DNA from: a virus
Lineage: Duplodnaviria > Caudoviricetes
Virus record (IMG/VR): IMGVR_UViG_3300007960_000057
Location: 1 to 39,079 of that record
Reading direction: 5' to 3' (one strand)
DNA: 39,079 nucleotides
Shown: one piece after another, positions 16,167-26,292 of the stretch
Position numbering within the stretch: the first letter of the stretch is position 1
Layout of the letters: each line of letters opens with the position of its first letter
The notes under the pieces: model-generated
Database searches by the model: none
What the model saw: the letters and a program-made list of their open reading frames with translations, nothing else
What the model was told of the DNA's origin: nothing
Program-made: the position numbers and the translations under genes

Positions 16167-18215
16167 TTAGATTTTTATTATTTCAAGAACCATCCGACTA
16201 TCTGGGTCTGAAAAAACCTGCGTACCTGTTCCGTCAATTTTTGCCTCAAATTGCAAGGTATCGCCGTCAACCAGCAATACCTGCTCATTAACATCGATGC
16301 TGATGATATCGGTGTTATCTGCTGCCGCTCCCTTGCTATAAGCTCGGTATGTAATACCTGTGGTTGATCCATTTTTCAATATTCTTAGGCGGCTTGTCTT
16401 TATATCAATCGTACCTGTTGTTTGAAATGTCGCTCTAAAAGAAATTTTATATATACCACCCATCTGCGCAGGAACAGTAAATAAGTTTGTAGATGAATTC
16501 CAAGCCCTGCGATCATCCCGAAGCACTAAATTTGATGGGAATTGAAGCACCGTATAAGTTCCGAGCGTCAGTATCTGCCCACCGTTGGGTCCACGACCAA
16601 GAGACACATAAACGTCTGGAGAATTGATACAGTCTCCTGTGACAGCATCCCTCGCTCCAGCGCCAAAACACCCAGAAACAAGCATGTTTGTTGGCCGTAG
16701 ATTTAAGTCGTCGTATATCTTGACCTTGCCATAACCACCAGAGCACCACATATTGCATATCTTGTGATAACCGCTAAGAGATCCACCCCAAACGTTAACC
16801 CAGCAGTCCAGCGTCCCACCATCAAGCACAATTCCGTCAGAGTTTTGTATAAATATTTGACCAGACGATGAATTTGCAGCGTTGCCAAACCAATGGCATC
16901 CAGCAAACGTAAATCCAACTGTTACATCCTGAGCAAGCAAGTTGTACACGCCAGCATGGTTTATTGTTGTTGATGACATAACACCGTGGCCATTGTTCTG
17001 ACCACCAGTGAGCTGGACGTTTGCGTATCGGTTCCCAGTGATGCTGCCGCCTGAAAATGTGTTATTTCCTGCGCCAAGCCGTAGTCCAACCCTGTTGTTA
17101 GACAAGTCGTAGTTGACAAATGTGTTGTATTCGCTGCCGTTTCCAGCATCTATATCAATCCCGAAATGGCATAGTGATGCACTGATTGAAGCAAAGCGAC
17201 CGCGCTCGCCAAAATATGGTGAAGCGCCAGCAGAACCGGTCATCTTGAGGCCATATCCAGCAAGCCCCTTGAATTTGAAATCTCCAACTTTGTACCTTGC
17301 ACAAGATTCAATCCTTAATCCTGTTTCACCAGTAAACCCAGTGTTGTTTTGTACGTCAGACTGCGTTGCGTTACCTACGAAAGTAGCCGCCCCAAGAAGA
17401 TTGAAGTCTGTTTCGAATTCAGCGGCAAACATAGTCCCAGCGCCAGCTGGCTTCGTGAATGTTGCCCCCATGAAAAACCAAGTCTTTCCGCTGAAAATTC
17501 GCACCTTTTTGCTTGGGTCCATAGCGTAAATCCCTGGTGGCACAATAATAAAATTACTGTTGGCCTGAGCCGCCATAAACGCATCTGTCGCAAAAACAGC
17601 TCCAGTGTTGTCAGCGCCAAAGGATGGATCTGTAACAACGGCCCACTTATTGCCTCGGCTTCCAAGTATTGCAGCAGACACCCCGCCAACCAGCACGCTT
17701 GAGCTTGTGGATGCTAGTTCATTTCTTAACGCAAAGTCACTTAAAACAACCCACCCACCAACACCCGTCGGAGTAGGCGCACTACCAGCCGTTACAGTCT
17801 TAGGAAACGACCCGTCCCAGCGCCAATAACTTGACCCATCAGACAGCACCTGATTTGCTTGCGTCAGCGTAGCACCAGCCGCAAACGTGCCGCTTGGAAT
17901 ATAACCAGCATTAAGCACCGCGCTGTCGAATTGGTCTTGCAGCGCTGCAACGTCTTGCAGTTGAATAACTTGCTGCGGCGTATTGTCCGAGAATGTCAGC
18001 GTATAAACGCCGTCTGCGGCATAAAATGCAAAAAAGCCTTTATCGGTGGTCGTAATCGGATTCGACAGCGTAGCGCCTGCTGTGTTGTTGTCCACGTACA
18101 GCGTAGCAAGTGCGTTGTCGGACTTGCGGCGCACCGTCACAGTAACGCCACTAGCCGCATTACCGCTAACACTAGACGCGAATTGACGGATTAACTGACC
18201 ATTGTATTTTTGCAT
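16167..18215 (-). CDS. Tailspike/receptor-binding depolymerase
   Basis: N-terminal anchor, tailspike N-domain (F..GATL...YWRWDG.FPK.V), FGADNTG start of a pectate-lyase-like beta-helix, C-terminal C1q/TNF-like jelly roll (FTVP..GIY...L..GD.L). Confidence 0.85.
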   Translation of the reverse strand: MQKYNGQLIRQFASSVSGNAASGVTVTVRRKSDNALATLYVDNNTAGATLSNPITTTDKGFFAFYAADGVYTLTFSDNTPQQVIQLQDVAALQDQFDSAVLNAGYIPSGTFAAGATLTQANQVLSDGSSYWRWDGSFPKTVTAGSAPTPTGVGGWVVLSDFALRNELASTSSSVLVGGVSAAILGSRGNKWAVVTDPSFGADNTGAVFATDAFMAAQANSNFIIVPPGIYAMDPSKKVRIFSGKTWFFMGATFTKPAGAGTMFAAEFETDFNLLGAATFVGNATQSDVQNNTGFTGETGLRIESCARYKVGDFKFKGLAGYGLKMTGSAGASPYFGERGRFASISASLCHFGIDIDAGNGSEYNTFVNYDLSNNRVGLRLGAGNNTFSGGSITGNRYANVQLTGGQNNGHGVMSSTTINHAGVYNLLAQDVTVGFTFAGCHWFGNAANSSSGQIFIQNSDGIVLDGGTLDCWVNVWGGSLSGYHKICNMWCSGGYGKVKIYDDLNLRPTNMLVSGCFGAGARDAVTGDCINSPDVYVSLGRGPNGGQILTLGTYTVLQFPSNLVLRDDRRAWNSSTNLFTVPAQMGGIYKISFRATFQTTGTIDIKTSRLRILKNGSTTGITYRAYSKGAAADNTDIISIDVNEQVLLVDGDTLQFEAKIDGTGTQVFSDPDSRMVLEIIKI

Positions 18216-18252
18216 TCGTAAAGCTCCTTTAACTCAATCAGTCTAGTGTATA

Positions 18253-20583
18253 TCAAACAATCGTGCCACGCACCTGCTCGCTGTTGTTGCCTGCTGTGAT
18301 GGTGAGCGTCTTGCCGTTTTTCTTAATCGCAATGTAACCTCCAAGCGCACCGCCTTGGAAGCCTACACCAGCGCCTGTAAAGCCAGTGCCGCCTATGCCG
18401 CCGAAGTTTTTAGTGCCATCTTGCCCATTAGTCGCTGGTCTTGTGCCAGTACCAGCACTACCGCCAACGCCACCAGATAAGCCTTGACCACCTCCACCAC
18501 CGCCGCCAGCATACGTGATAGCGCCAACACAATAGCCGAAACCGCCAGTGCCGCCAGTGCCGCCCGATGCAATCAAGCCAAACGAGTTATCGATGATGCA
18601 ATCGGTAGACAGCTCAAGCGCTGCGCCGCCAAGCTCGCCGTTTAAGCCAAGCACGTTGTTACAGACTTGGTTTTCACTATCCCATTCAGGCGAAGCACCC
18701 ACCCCACCAGCGCCACCTTTGCCGATAAGCTGACCTTGGTTGATTAGTTTTAGTGTCGCTCCGCTTGGGAAAGTGCCTTGACGGAAAGCCGCCCAAGCCG
18801 TCGAAGTCGAGCCGAACGCAGCGCCTTGGTTGATGACAACGATGTATTCCCGCGCTTCGTCAAAGATGAAGTTATCAGCAAGAATGTAGTTGTAATACTC
18901 GCCAGCGTCGATGTAGTAATCGGCATTTGGAGGTACGTTTGCCTTATAGCTAATACCAGTCACGCGCCATTTGTCGGCTCGATTTGTGGCAGCAATGGCG
19001 ATACACTGGCAGGTCAGCAGCTCAGGCTGAAACGCGCCATTGCAATACACTGTGTTGACTGTCTCAACGCCAAAGACTGAACCAAGCCACATGCGCCCGC
19101 CTGTCACAGTGCCGATGTATGCTGAATCCACTTCAAAGCTGACCTCAACAGGTACTTGACTAAACCGCGCCACGTTGCGCTGTGCGATGCCTGTTGCGAT
19201 TTGGTTGCCATCTGGCGTGTTTGGTAGCCATCTAGAAACAACGTCAGCGCCTGCGCTTTTGGTGCCAAGTCGGCTTTTATCTTCTTCAAGGATTGCGGCA
19301 ACTCGGAACGTTTTTTGGTAGTTGTTTTGCTCATCCTTGGAGTAGTCAAGCGGAGCCCAACTAACCAACTGGCGCGTAACCAACTTATCAAACTTGTTTC
19401 TAACAGTAAGCGTACCAAGCTCTAAATGCTCTCGTTGGTTGAATGTAATTACAGGTGAATCGAAATTAGGTGTTGCTGTGATTTTGATTTTGCGCTCAAC
19501 CACATCAACATACATGGTCAAGCCTGCAATTTGCACCAATTCATTGAGCAGCTTTTTAACTTCAGTCTCTTTGGCGATGCAGTTTTTCAACATGAATCCG
19601 GACAGCTCACCAGCCTTGAGCGCTGCCCATTCGCTTGATGGAATATAGCTCTCATCTATATCGGTATGGTCGCGCAGTAACGTGTCAATGATATCGATGA
19701 TGTTGGTTAGCGCTGGCCATGCCAAACACCGCTGCACCGTTGCATTGATAGCATGGTCAGCAGCAACAGTGCCAAACAAGCCGCGACTCGTTAGCGATAC
19801 GACCACAGGAGCAACACCTGTTGCACTTGTGACCGTGTAGCCGATGTACTCACTGTCGATAGCAAGCGTGCCTGTCGCGCCGTTAGCGCCAAATTTAGCT
19901 GTTATCTCTGCCGCCGTTAAGCCGCTTTCAAGGTTGATGGTTGCTGACGTGCTCGCTACCACAAGCGCCGCGTTTAACGTGGCGTTGCTTGTTTCAGGCG
20001 CTTTGGCGTTGATGCCGTTGGTTAGCGCCAGCACATCTACCAATGAAAACGACACATCGCCCTTAAGCGTCACGCCTTGGAATTCGTCTACGATGTAATG
20101 CTCTGTCACGAAGTTTGCAGCATCATAAACTCCGTTAACTAAGTACCCGCGCTTGATGCGTGCAGGTCGGTTTTTCACGAAGTTGCGCGCAAACAACTTC
20201 GCCCAGTGGCTTCCATCAACGCGCCTGTCTGCATACGCGCCTTGCAGCTCAAAAGCGTCTGTGCTGATGAAGTCCGACAGCGAGATATTAGCCGATGCGC
20301 GAAAGCCGATATCGATACCTGGATTTGCTTTCGGTGCGTTGCTCTTGGCGTCTTTGAGATACGGAAAGCAGTCTAAGTTAACAATGCGCGTCGTGGCATA
20401 GCGGTACGTCCGAAACTCGCCTTCTTTGTACGCTCTAACGTCATCAGTGGTCTTTGGCGTGCCATAGCTTGATGGGTCTTGCGCGAATGTTGAATCCAGC
20501 GCAGGATCATTAATATCTAAATCCAACTCGAAGATGGTGCAGGCTTCGCGTTGGCTGGTTAGCTTGATAGTGTCAAAACTCAT
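18253..20583 (-). CDS. Tail tip/hub protein with Gly-rich C-terminus
   Basis: 776 aa after the distal tail gene; RGLFGT.A..H motif; C-terminal GGGGGG/G-x-G-G-x-G-G repeats. Confidence 0.8.
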   Translation of the reverse strand: MSFDTIKLTSQREACTIFELDLDINDPALDSTFAQDPSSYGTPKTTDDVRAYKEGEFRTYRYATTRIVNLDCFPYLKDAKSNAPKANPGIDIGFRASANISLSDFISTDAFELQGAYADRRVDGSHWAKLFARNFVKNRPARIKRGYLVNGVYDAANFVTEHYIVDEFQGVTLKGDVSFSLVDVLALTNGINAKAPETSNATLNAALVVASTSATINLESGLTAAEITAKFGANGATGTLAIDSEYIGYTVTSATGVAPVVVSLTSRGLFGTVAADHAINATVQRCLAWPALTNIIDIIDTLLRDHTDIDESYIPSSEWAALKAGELSGFMLKNCIAKETEVKKLLNELVQIAGLTMYVDVVERKIKITATPNFDSPVITFNQREHLELGTLTVRNKFDKLVTRQLVSWAPLDYSKDEQNNYQKTFRVAAILEEDKSRLGTKSAGADVVSRWLPNTPDGNQIATGIAQRNVARFSQVPVEVSFEVDSAYIGTVTGGRMWLGSVFGVETVNTVYCNGAFQPELLTCQCIAIAATNRADKWRVTGISYKANVPPNADYYIDAGEYYNYILADNFIFDEAREYIVVINQGAAFGSTSTAWAAFRQGTFPSGATLKLINQGQLIGKGGAGGVGASPEWDSENQVCNNVLGLNGELGGAALELSTDCIIDNSFGLIASGGTGGTGGFGYCVGAITYAGGGGGGGQGLSGGVGGSAGTGTRPATNGQDGTKNFGGIGGTGFTGAGVGFQGGALGGYIAIKKNGKTLTITAGNNSEQVRGTIV

Positions 20584-21353
20584 GCGCTAACACCTCGGAT
20601 AGTTAGTTGTAACGATGTGAAGTACGACGTATCAAACTTGGGCTTTGACGCTTCCCAGTGCCCGAAAATCACAGCACCTTGTCTGTCGTATTGGTTCCAG
20701 CCGCACCACACTGGACGCCCCTTGGCGATAGCGCGAAACTGTTTAAACTGCCCATCCATCCAGCTTGGCGATATGTAGTTAAACTGCATGACCTGCGTCG
20801 AACCTTTGCGCTCGATGGTTGATGCGCCAACGTTTAGCGATTGCGTTGTGCTGGCGGTAATATCGTCATCATCCGACCATTCGGACGGCTGCAAACCAAC
20901 AGCAGGTAAAGACGGCATTTGCAGCGCTTCACCGCACGCAGCTTCACCAACGTACAGCGTTGATGTACTGGTAAACACGAATTTAGCTTTGGTTGTTTCA
21001 ACCTGCGTAAACACGCGCATAACTGGCGCAGAGTCTTCGTCAGCGGATAGGTTACATTGCAACTGCCACGCTGCCCCGTCCCATGTATAAAAAGCACAAT
21101 CCACGCCGCCAGATAACCAGTTGACGCCAGCAAGCCCAACGCAGTTGATTGGCTGACTAGTAAACGATATTTCAACCGTATTCGTGCCGCTTGGCTTGCT
21201 GTACAGAATGTTGGTCATCCAGTCGTGCAGCCGCGACACATCGCCACCGCTAACGACTGTTGCGCCTTGCATGGCACTTCTGTACAGGATAAACGTTGCT
21301 TTGGTATTAGAGCCGCCAGCGACAACCGCTTCAGGTGATAAAAATAAATCCAT
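20580..21353 (-). CDS. Distal tail / tail assembly protein
   Basis: Follows the tape measure gene; ATG 21353 (MDLFLSP) with AGGGG RBS; beta-rich. Confidence 0.72.
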   Translation of the reverse strand: MDLFLSPEAVVAGGSNTKATFILYRSAMQGATVVSGGDVSRLHDWMTNILYSKPSGTNTVEISFTSQPINCVGLAGVNWLSGGVDCAFYTWDGAAWQLQCNLSADEDSAPVMRVFTQVETTKAKFVFTSTSTLYVGEAACGEALQMPSLPAVGLQPSEWSDDDDITASTTQSLNVGASTIERKGSTQVMQFNYISPSWMDGQFKQFRAIAKGRPVWCGWNQYDRQGAVIFGHWEASKPKFDTSYFTSLQLTIRGVSA

Positions 21354-21354
21354 G

Positions 21355-23172
21355 TTAAGCCCCTTGTAGGCGTTGCACTGAATCCAGCGACGCGACCAAA
21401 CGTTTTGTAAATGATACTGGCAACACTTCGTCGTTATCAAGGCGAGAAAGCTGGTCAGATAGCTGCGTCAAGCCGCGAATCTCAAACGCCCCGACATTCG
21501 GCGCAGCCTGTGGTGTTGTTGGTAGTGTTGGCGTCGACATAGCCGCTGCTGAGCCAACAGATGCGCCACCGCCGCCACCATCGAATGACGTAGACTTGAT
21601 GCTTTGAATGTTTTTCAGACCAGTCGCCAGCATGGCAGCAGCAGGAGCCAAGCCCCACGGATAACCGCCACCATTCTTGTACGACTCCATGACTGCGGCA
21701 GGCAGCGCGACAACAGCTTGCGCTAAAGCTAGTTTCTTGCCAGTCTCAAAGATGGACTTGGATTGCCCTTGTCCAAGGCTCATTAACGAGTTGCCAAGCT
21801 GCCCCATCTGCATCAGGCGCGTTTTCGATTCGTACTCTTGCAGCTGCTTTTTCTTCTGCGCTGCGCTTTCGTTGATGGCATACAGTCGGTCTTGATAACT
21901 CTGCTCCGCCGCAAGTCGCTGCTCGTTGCTGATGTTGTCAATCTCAAGCAGCTGTTGATATTCATTCGTGGCTGCCATGATTCGATAAGCCGTTTCTTGC
22001 GCCAGTCTTGCTTGCTCTTCTGTAAATCGACCTTCCATAACGCCACGCTGCAACTCTGTCTCGCTCGCCATCGTTTGCGTCTCAAGCCGCATATTCGCAA
22101 GCCGCTGGTCGATGCGCTCTTGGTCTCGTCGCGCTCGTTCTGCATTGCGTTGGTCTTGCTCGCTTTGCTTAGCCCATGCAGCGGCTTCTGCGTTGATTTC
22201 TGCGGTTAGTGCGGCTTGGGATTCTTTTTGTGCCTTCTGCGCTTGCTCAAGCTCATAGTTACTGATAATCAGCGCCTTGATTTTAGCGTCAAGGTTCTCA
22301 ACCGAATCCGCGCCAGTCTGGATTGCAGCGGCTTGCAATAGCGCGGCAAGCTCGCCTTGTTTTAGTGCGATTTGTTGCAGTTCAAGCTGCTGCGTTAGGT
22401 TTGCAGTTTTGTCAATGGCGTTGTTTTGGCCATCAACCAATGACTCGTTGATGGTTCGGCTTGTGTCGTCAATCGTTGTCTTGATTGTCTTTAACTCTTT
22501 CTCTGCCTTTCTTGTCGCTTCACCGACCGCCGTTAGCTGTGTCGCTAGGCGCTCTTGCGCTGGCCCCGATGCGTTTTTAAGCTCATCGGTTAGCCGCGCA
22601 GATTCTTGGCGCAGCGCTTGTATTTTCTCAAGCTGCTTGTCGTACTCGGTGTTTAGCTTTCCAAGCTCAACTTGCGTAAATGCTTTTTTGCTTTCAGAGT
22701 CCAAGTCAGCAATTTTCTTTTGCAGGTCGTCTAACTTGTCTTTCAACTTGTCGGATTCGTCGCCAGCGGTGATAAAACTGCTAATGAGTGGCCCGCCAAT
22801 CGCCGCAGCGATACCAACTACAGCACCAAGTAGCGGAAAGCCAAGCACATAACCCAAGTCAGCTGCTTGTTGTGACAACGCCACCAATGGCGAAACGCCG
22901 CCCTGCACCTGTCCGACGAATTGCTGCAACTGGATACCAGCTTGGCCAGCTTGGCGACCAAAGCCAGCTAAACCTTGTGATGTGCCGCCAAGCGCCTGAT
23001 TGACTGCTTGCGCTGTTTTGGTGGTTTGCGTGTTGATTTGGTTTAACTGGTTAATCTCTGCCGTTGTTTTGTCGGCGGACGTACCCAAACCCACCATCGA
23101 CTTATCAAGCTGATTAATCTGCGCAGCGCTGTCGCCTGCGTCGATTTTTACGCGAATGATTTTGTCAGTCAC
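21355..23172 (-). CDS. Tail tape measure protein
   Basis: 605 aa Ala/Gln-rich helical protein, GIQLQQF..Q..GG.SPL.AL.QQ N-terminal TMP motif; follows the chaperone pair. Confidence 0.9.
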   Translation of the reverse strand: MTDKIIRVKIDAGDSAAQINQLDKSMVGLGTSADKTTAEINQLNQINTQTTKTAQAVNQALGGTSQGLAGFGRQAGQAGIQLQQFVGQVQGGVSPLVALSQQAADLGYVLGFPLLGAVVGIAAAIGGPLISSFITAGDESDKLKDKLDDLQKKIADLDSESKKAFTQVELGKLNTEYDKQLEKIQALRQESARLTDELKNASGPAQERLATQLTAVGEATRKAEKELKTIKTTIDDTSRTINESLVDGQNNAIDKTANLTQQLELQQIALKQGELAALLQAAAIQTGADSVENLDAKIKALIISNYELEQAQKAQKESQAALTAEINAEAAAWAKQSEQDQRNAERARRDQERIDQRLANMRLETQTMASETELQRGVMEGRFTEEQARLAQETAYRIMAATNEYQQLLEIDNISNEQRLAAEQSYQDRLYAINESAAQKKKQLQEYESKTRLMQMGQLGNSLMSLGQGQSKSIFETGKKLALAQAVVALPAAVMESYKNGGGYPWGLAPAAAMLATGLKNIQSIKSTSFDGGGGGASVGSAAAMSTPTLPTTPQAAPNVGAFEIRGLTQLSDQLSRLDNDEVLPVSFTKRLVASLDSVQRLQGA

Positions 23173-23516
23173 TTAGCACCTCGCTTTAATGCGTCAATCT
23201 CGCGCTGCCGCTTGTCGTTAATCAGTTTCATCAAATGGTCATCCAATCTTTTCAGCACAGTAATTGCTAAATCTTGCTCATACTCAATATTAGCAGTAAC
23301 CGCTTGTAAAGTCGCTAACGGGATGCGTCTGTCTGGCTCGCACTCTCTGCGCGCATCATAAAATGCCATGATTAAAGCCGCCTGCCTTTCGTCAAGCTCA
23401 ATGGCCTGCATTTCCCTCAACACTTCGGCGGCATGGTTTGTTCCTTCAAACTTATCGAGCAGCAGTGCTGTTTTGTAATCATCCTGTAGATTCCGACCGT
23501 TAAAGTCGGACGTTAC
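23169..23516 (-). CDS. Tail assembly chaperone C-terminal extension (gpT-like), reached by -1 frameshift
   Basis: The -1 frame is open from 23516 (VTSDFNGRNLQDDY...) into the 23169-23423 ORF. Confidence 0.8.
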   Translation of the reverse strand, partial: VTSDFNGRNLQDDYKTALLLDKFEGTNHAAEVLREMQAIELDERQAALIMAFYDARRECEPDRRIPLATLQAVTANIEYEQDLAITVLKRLDDHLMKLINDKRQREIDALKRGAK

Positions 23517-23522
23517 TTTTTT
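23492..23522 (-). promoter_or_regulatory. Programmed -1 ribosomal frameshift signal
   Basis: A-AAA-AAG heptamer (23522-23516), 5-nt spacer, hairpin TCCGAC-TTTAACG-GTCGGA (23510-23492). Confidence 0.85.
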
Positions 23523-23917
23523 TCTAGCTTGTCTCCGTCTGTTTGCGTTTCTTCTGCTAGGTAATTCTCAAAGCGTAGAGCGGCAGTTATCAGAATATCG
23601 TTGAGCGACAAGAAGTAGTCGGGATTGGTAAAGATGTTTCGGGCAGCGTCTTTGCTGTAGGCAAGCTCGCCGTCTTGGTCGTTGACGCCTTCCCAATTGG
23701 TCACGCCGTATTCAGTGAGCCAATGACCATATAAACGGTTGTTGTCTACGTCTTGCATCTTGTGAAATGGACCATACAGCGCTTGCTTGATGTTTTTCAG
23801 CGCTTCTTGACTCTCTTTCGTGCCAAGTCTGCGTACATAAAACACGGCGGAGCCAACGTAAATCGGTGAGCCGTTTTGCTGTTTGTCTTTTGATTCGCGG
23901 TAGTCTGACAGGTTCAT
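23513..23917 (-). CDS. Tail assembly chaperone (gpG-like)
   Basis: Between tail tube and TMP; V.NWEGV.D..G...YS motif; ends in the slippery sequence. Confidence 0.85.
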   Translation of the reverse strand: MNLSDYRESKDKQQNGSPIYVGSAVFYVRRLGTKESQEALKNIKQALYGPFHKMQDVDNNRLYGHWLTEYGVTNWEGVNDQDGELAYSKDAARNIFTNPDYFLSLNDILITAALRFENYLAEETQTDGDKLEKK

Positions 23918-23928
23918 GTTTCACCAAT

Positions 23929-23950
23929 AAAAAAGGGGCGTTAAGCCCCT
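23929..23950 (-). terminator. Intrinsic terminator after the tail tube gene
   Basis: Minus strand AGGGGC-TTAAC-GCCCCT followed by TTTTT. Confidence 0.8.
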
Positions 23951-23970
23951 AGTTTATACTGCCGCTCTGA

Positions 23971-25152
23971 TTATGACCAGTTGCGGAAGATAGCCACTGT
24001 ATAACCAAGTGTGTCGGACTTTTCAGCTGATGCGCTGTAGGTGTTAGAGCCGATGGCGTTTTGCCCATCTTCCATATCCCACTCAGTGATAACAACCTGC
24101 GGCAGATGAATCACAGTCTTTTGACCGCCGCCATGTTCGAACTCAACACCGTACGCGATACGAGTGCCTGCATAGTACAAGTCGCGAATCTTAGTGGATG
24201 TTGCAATGCTTGAACGGCTTGCGCCTTCTAACGTTACTTCAAACTGACCGCGACTCATGCGCGGCGTACAGCCCGCAGCTTGGTCGGTTTGGTAGTTGTT
24301 GTTAATGGTAATGCTTGTTGATTTAACTTCACACAGCGCAACTAGGTTATTCAGATACCAGTTTGACACGTTTTGCACGGCTGACAATGGTGCATCAGTA
24401 GCAAGCGCTGAATCGGTTTGACCGCTGATTGCTGTACTTGCTGCGCTGTCACGCTCAAACATCATCGAAACGGTCGATGTGATGATGCCAGTCTCACCAA
24501 CTTCAACGGTTTGCTGATTGATAATGCCATCATACGGCGTGTCGTAGTTAATGCCGCCAACTGACGCACCGTCAATAACACGGTTTTGGCCTGCGTAATA
24601 GGTCGGCGTGTTGGCGTTGTATGTTTTGCTGCACTTGATTGTTACCGATGCGCCAGCGGCTGCTGTTGCGGCTGGTGCAGGGTAAGTGCTGATAGTGCCG
24701 TTGTTTGCTTTTGCTGTGATGCGGTAGGTAATATTTAACGCAGCATTGGCAAAGCCTGTCACGAAAATAAAGTCACCGACAGCCAAGTTGGTAAAGCCGT
24801 TAGCGCTATCGGTGAATCCTGTTGCAGTTGCCGCGAACGTGGTGCCAGTCAAGCTGATAACCTGCTCGGTGCCATGGATTGCAGAAAGCAGCAACGCAAT
24901 GCTTTGCTTAGTGGCTTCGGTTGATATTTCCGCCATCAGCTCGCGTGTGTCTTGCACTTGCTTGCTGGCGTTGAAGTCTAAGCTAACCTCTGAACTCTGA
25001 GTGTAGCTAATCGACTTTTTAAAGCGCCCACTGGTGCGGCGCACAGGCTCAAACACTGGACTGGCGTTAATCGCGCCCTTCGCGGTTTGAGGTGATAGGT
25101 AAAACTTCCAATCGCCGCCAACAATTTGACGGTCTGCTACTGTTGTCGGCAT
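23971..25152 (-). CDS. Major tail tube protein
   Basis: 393 aa, Thr/Ala-rich; located after the tail terminator gene and before the chaperone; followed by a terminator; contains an inserted domain (F..L.VGD.I.V.GF...N). Confidence 0.85.
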   Translation of the reverse strand: MPTTVADRQIVGGDWKFYLSPQTAKGAINASPVFEPVRRTSGRFKKSISYTQSSEVSLDFNASKQVQDTRELMAEISTEATKQSIALLLSAIHGTEQVISLTGTTFAATATGFTDSANGFTNLAVGDFIFVTGFANAALNITYRITAKANNGTISTYPAPAATAAAGASVTIKCSKTYNANTPTYYAGQNRVIDGASVGGINYDTPYDGIINQQTVEVGETGIITSTVSMMFERDSAASTAISGQTDSALATDAPLSAVQNVSNWYLNNLVALCEVKSTSITINNNYQTDQAAGCTPRMSRGQFEVTLEGASRSSIATSTKIRDLYYAGTRIAYGVEFEHGGGQKTVIHLPQVVITEWDMEDGQNAIGSNTYSASAEKSDTLGYTVAIFRNWS

Positions 25153-25557
25153 TTAAAAGCCCTCGCAATAAAAGTTGATAGTGACTTGATAACCCATCCA
25201 AGGGTCATCTTCGATTTTAGCGGTATTTGCTTCAAAAGTCTTTACATTGCCGAATTCTGTGTTTTCAAGCAGCGAAACAAACGATTCGCACAGTGCAAGA
25301 TTGCCGTTGACGCCTGAGCCTTTTGGTGTGAATACGTCAACCACAATCAAGCCGTTGCGTCGAACCCAAGATGAGCCACCACCCACAGCAACGTTAGTTG
25401 ATGCGGTATTGATGACGGTTAGGCGTGACCATGGCGCGTTTGCTGGTTGTTGCCAGCCTGCTTGATTAGGATATTGAATGGCAACGCCTGCTGGCGGAGC
25501 GCTTGCAATCTTTGCGACAATACTCTTGACTGCCTCTGAAAATCTTTTATCTGCCAT
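25153..25557 (-). CDS. Tail terminator-like protein
   Basis: ATG 25557 (MADKRF); YPN, PW.RL, G...VDVFTP.GSG motifs. Confidence 0.8.
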   Translation of the reverse strand: MADKRFSEAVKSIVAKIASAPPAGVAIQYPNQAGWQQPANAPWSRLTVINTASTNVAVGGGSSWVRRNGLIVVDVFTPKGSGVNGNLALCESFVSLLENTEFGNVKTFEANTAKIEDDPWMGYQVTINFYCEGF

Positions 25558-25936
25558 AAGCGACCGCCTGTTCGATTGCAGTTTCGACGTACTTGCTACC
25601 AGCCTGTTCAGACCAGCCCTCATTCAGGCGCTGAATGTATGGAAGGTTGTTGCAAATCCAAATGTCTGGTAGCGAGTCTGCTGGGTATTTATCTATCACT
25701 GACTTTGCTAGGTTAATCGAGAAGGTGCCAACGCGATCAAACGTTGACTCGTTGTCGTTTGTTCCAGTTTCTGGGCTATTCAGACTCATCAACCAGTTAG
25801 CCTTGGCTCTGCCATCTCTAAATGGCGTTGCTGATACAATCGCTTGGTCTGCCAATATGCCAAGCTTTCGCATTTCTTGCGACGTGTATTCAGTCAGCTC
25901 GACGTGGATTGATAAGCCGTCTGCGTAGGTTGCCAT
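25547..25936 (-). CDS. Neck/tail completion protein (HK97 gp10-like)
   Basis: TP..DGRAKANW, NNLPYI.RL..GWS.QA motifs. Confidence 0.82.
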   Translation of the reverse strand: MATYADGLSIHVELTEYTSQEMRKLGILADQAIVSATPFRDGRAKANWLMSLNSPETGTNDNESTFDRVGTFSINLAKSVIDKYPADSLPDIWICNNLPYIQRLNEGWSEQAGSKYVETAIEQAVAYGR

Positions 25937-26292
25937 TATCGCGCCCTCAACGTTAGCTTAACCGTCGCATCTGCTGCATCATACTTGACCGCAGTAATCG
26001 ACATTGCAACGCCGCCAAATGTCACATAATCCGCAACGGATGGCATAACAGAATCGATGCGCGTATAAACAGCGCCAGTGTCACTCTGCTGCGCGTCAGT
26101 GCCTTGCCAGTCCATCATATCAACCGCGAATTTTATCGCGCTGTAGGTGTGCTGCGTTGCGCCTGTAATGGATTCGCTGACAGGGTTATATGTACCGCCG
26201 CGAGTGATTACTAATGTTTGGCGAAAGTCGGCAAACTCATCGTCGATAAGTTCGCTTGCTAGGTCTTTGAATTCTTGTTTCGTGGTACTCAT
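25936..26292 (-). CDS. Head closure / head-tail joining protein
   Basis: 118 aa; A.ELI..F, G.YNP..; synteny. Confidence 0.75.
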   Translation of the reverse strand: MSTTKQEFKDLASELIDDEFADFRQTLVITRGGTYNPVSESITGATQHTYSAIKFAVDMMDWQGTDAQQSDTGAVYTRIDSVMPSVADYVTFGGVAMSITAVKYDAADATVKLTLRAR

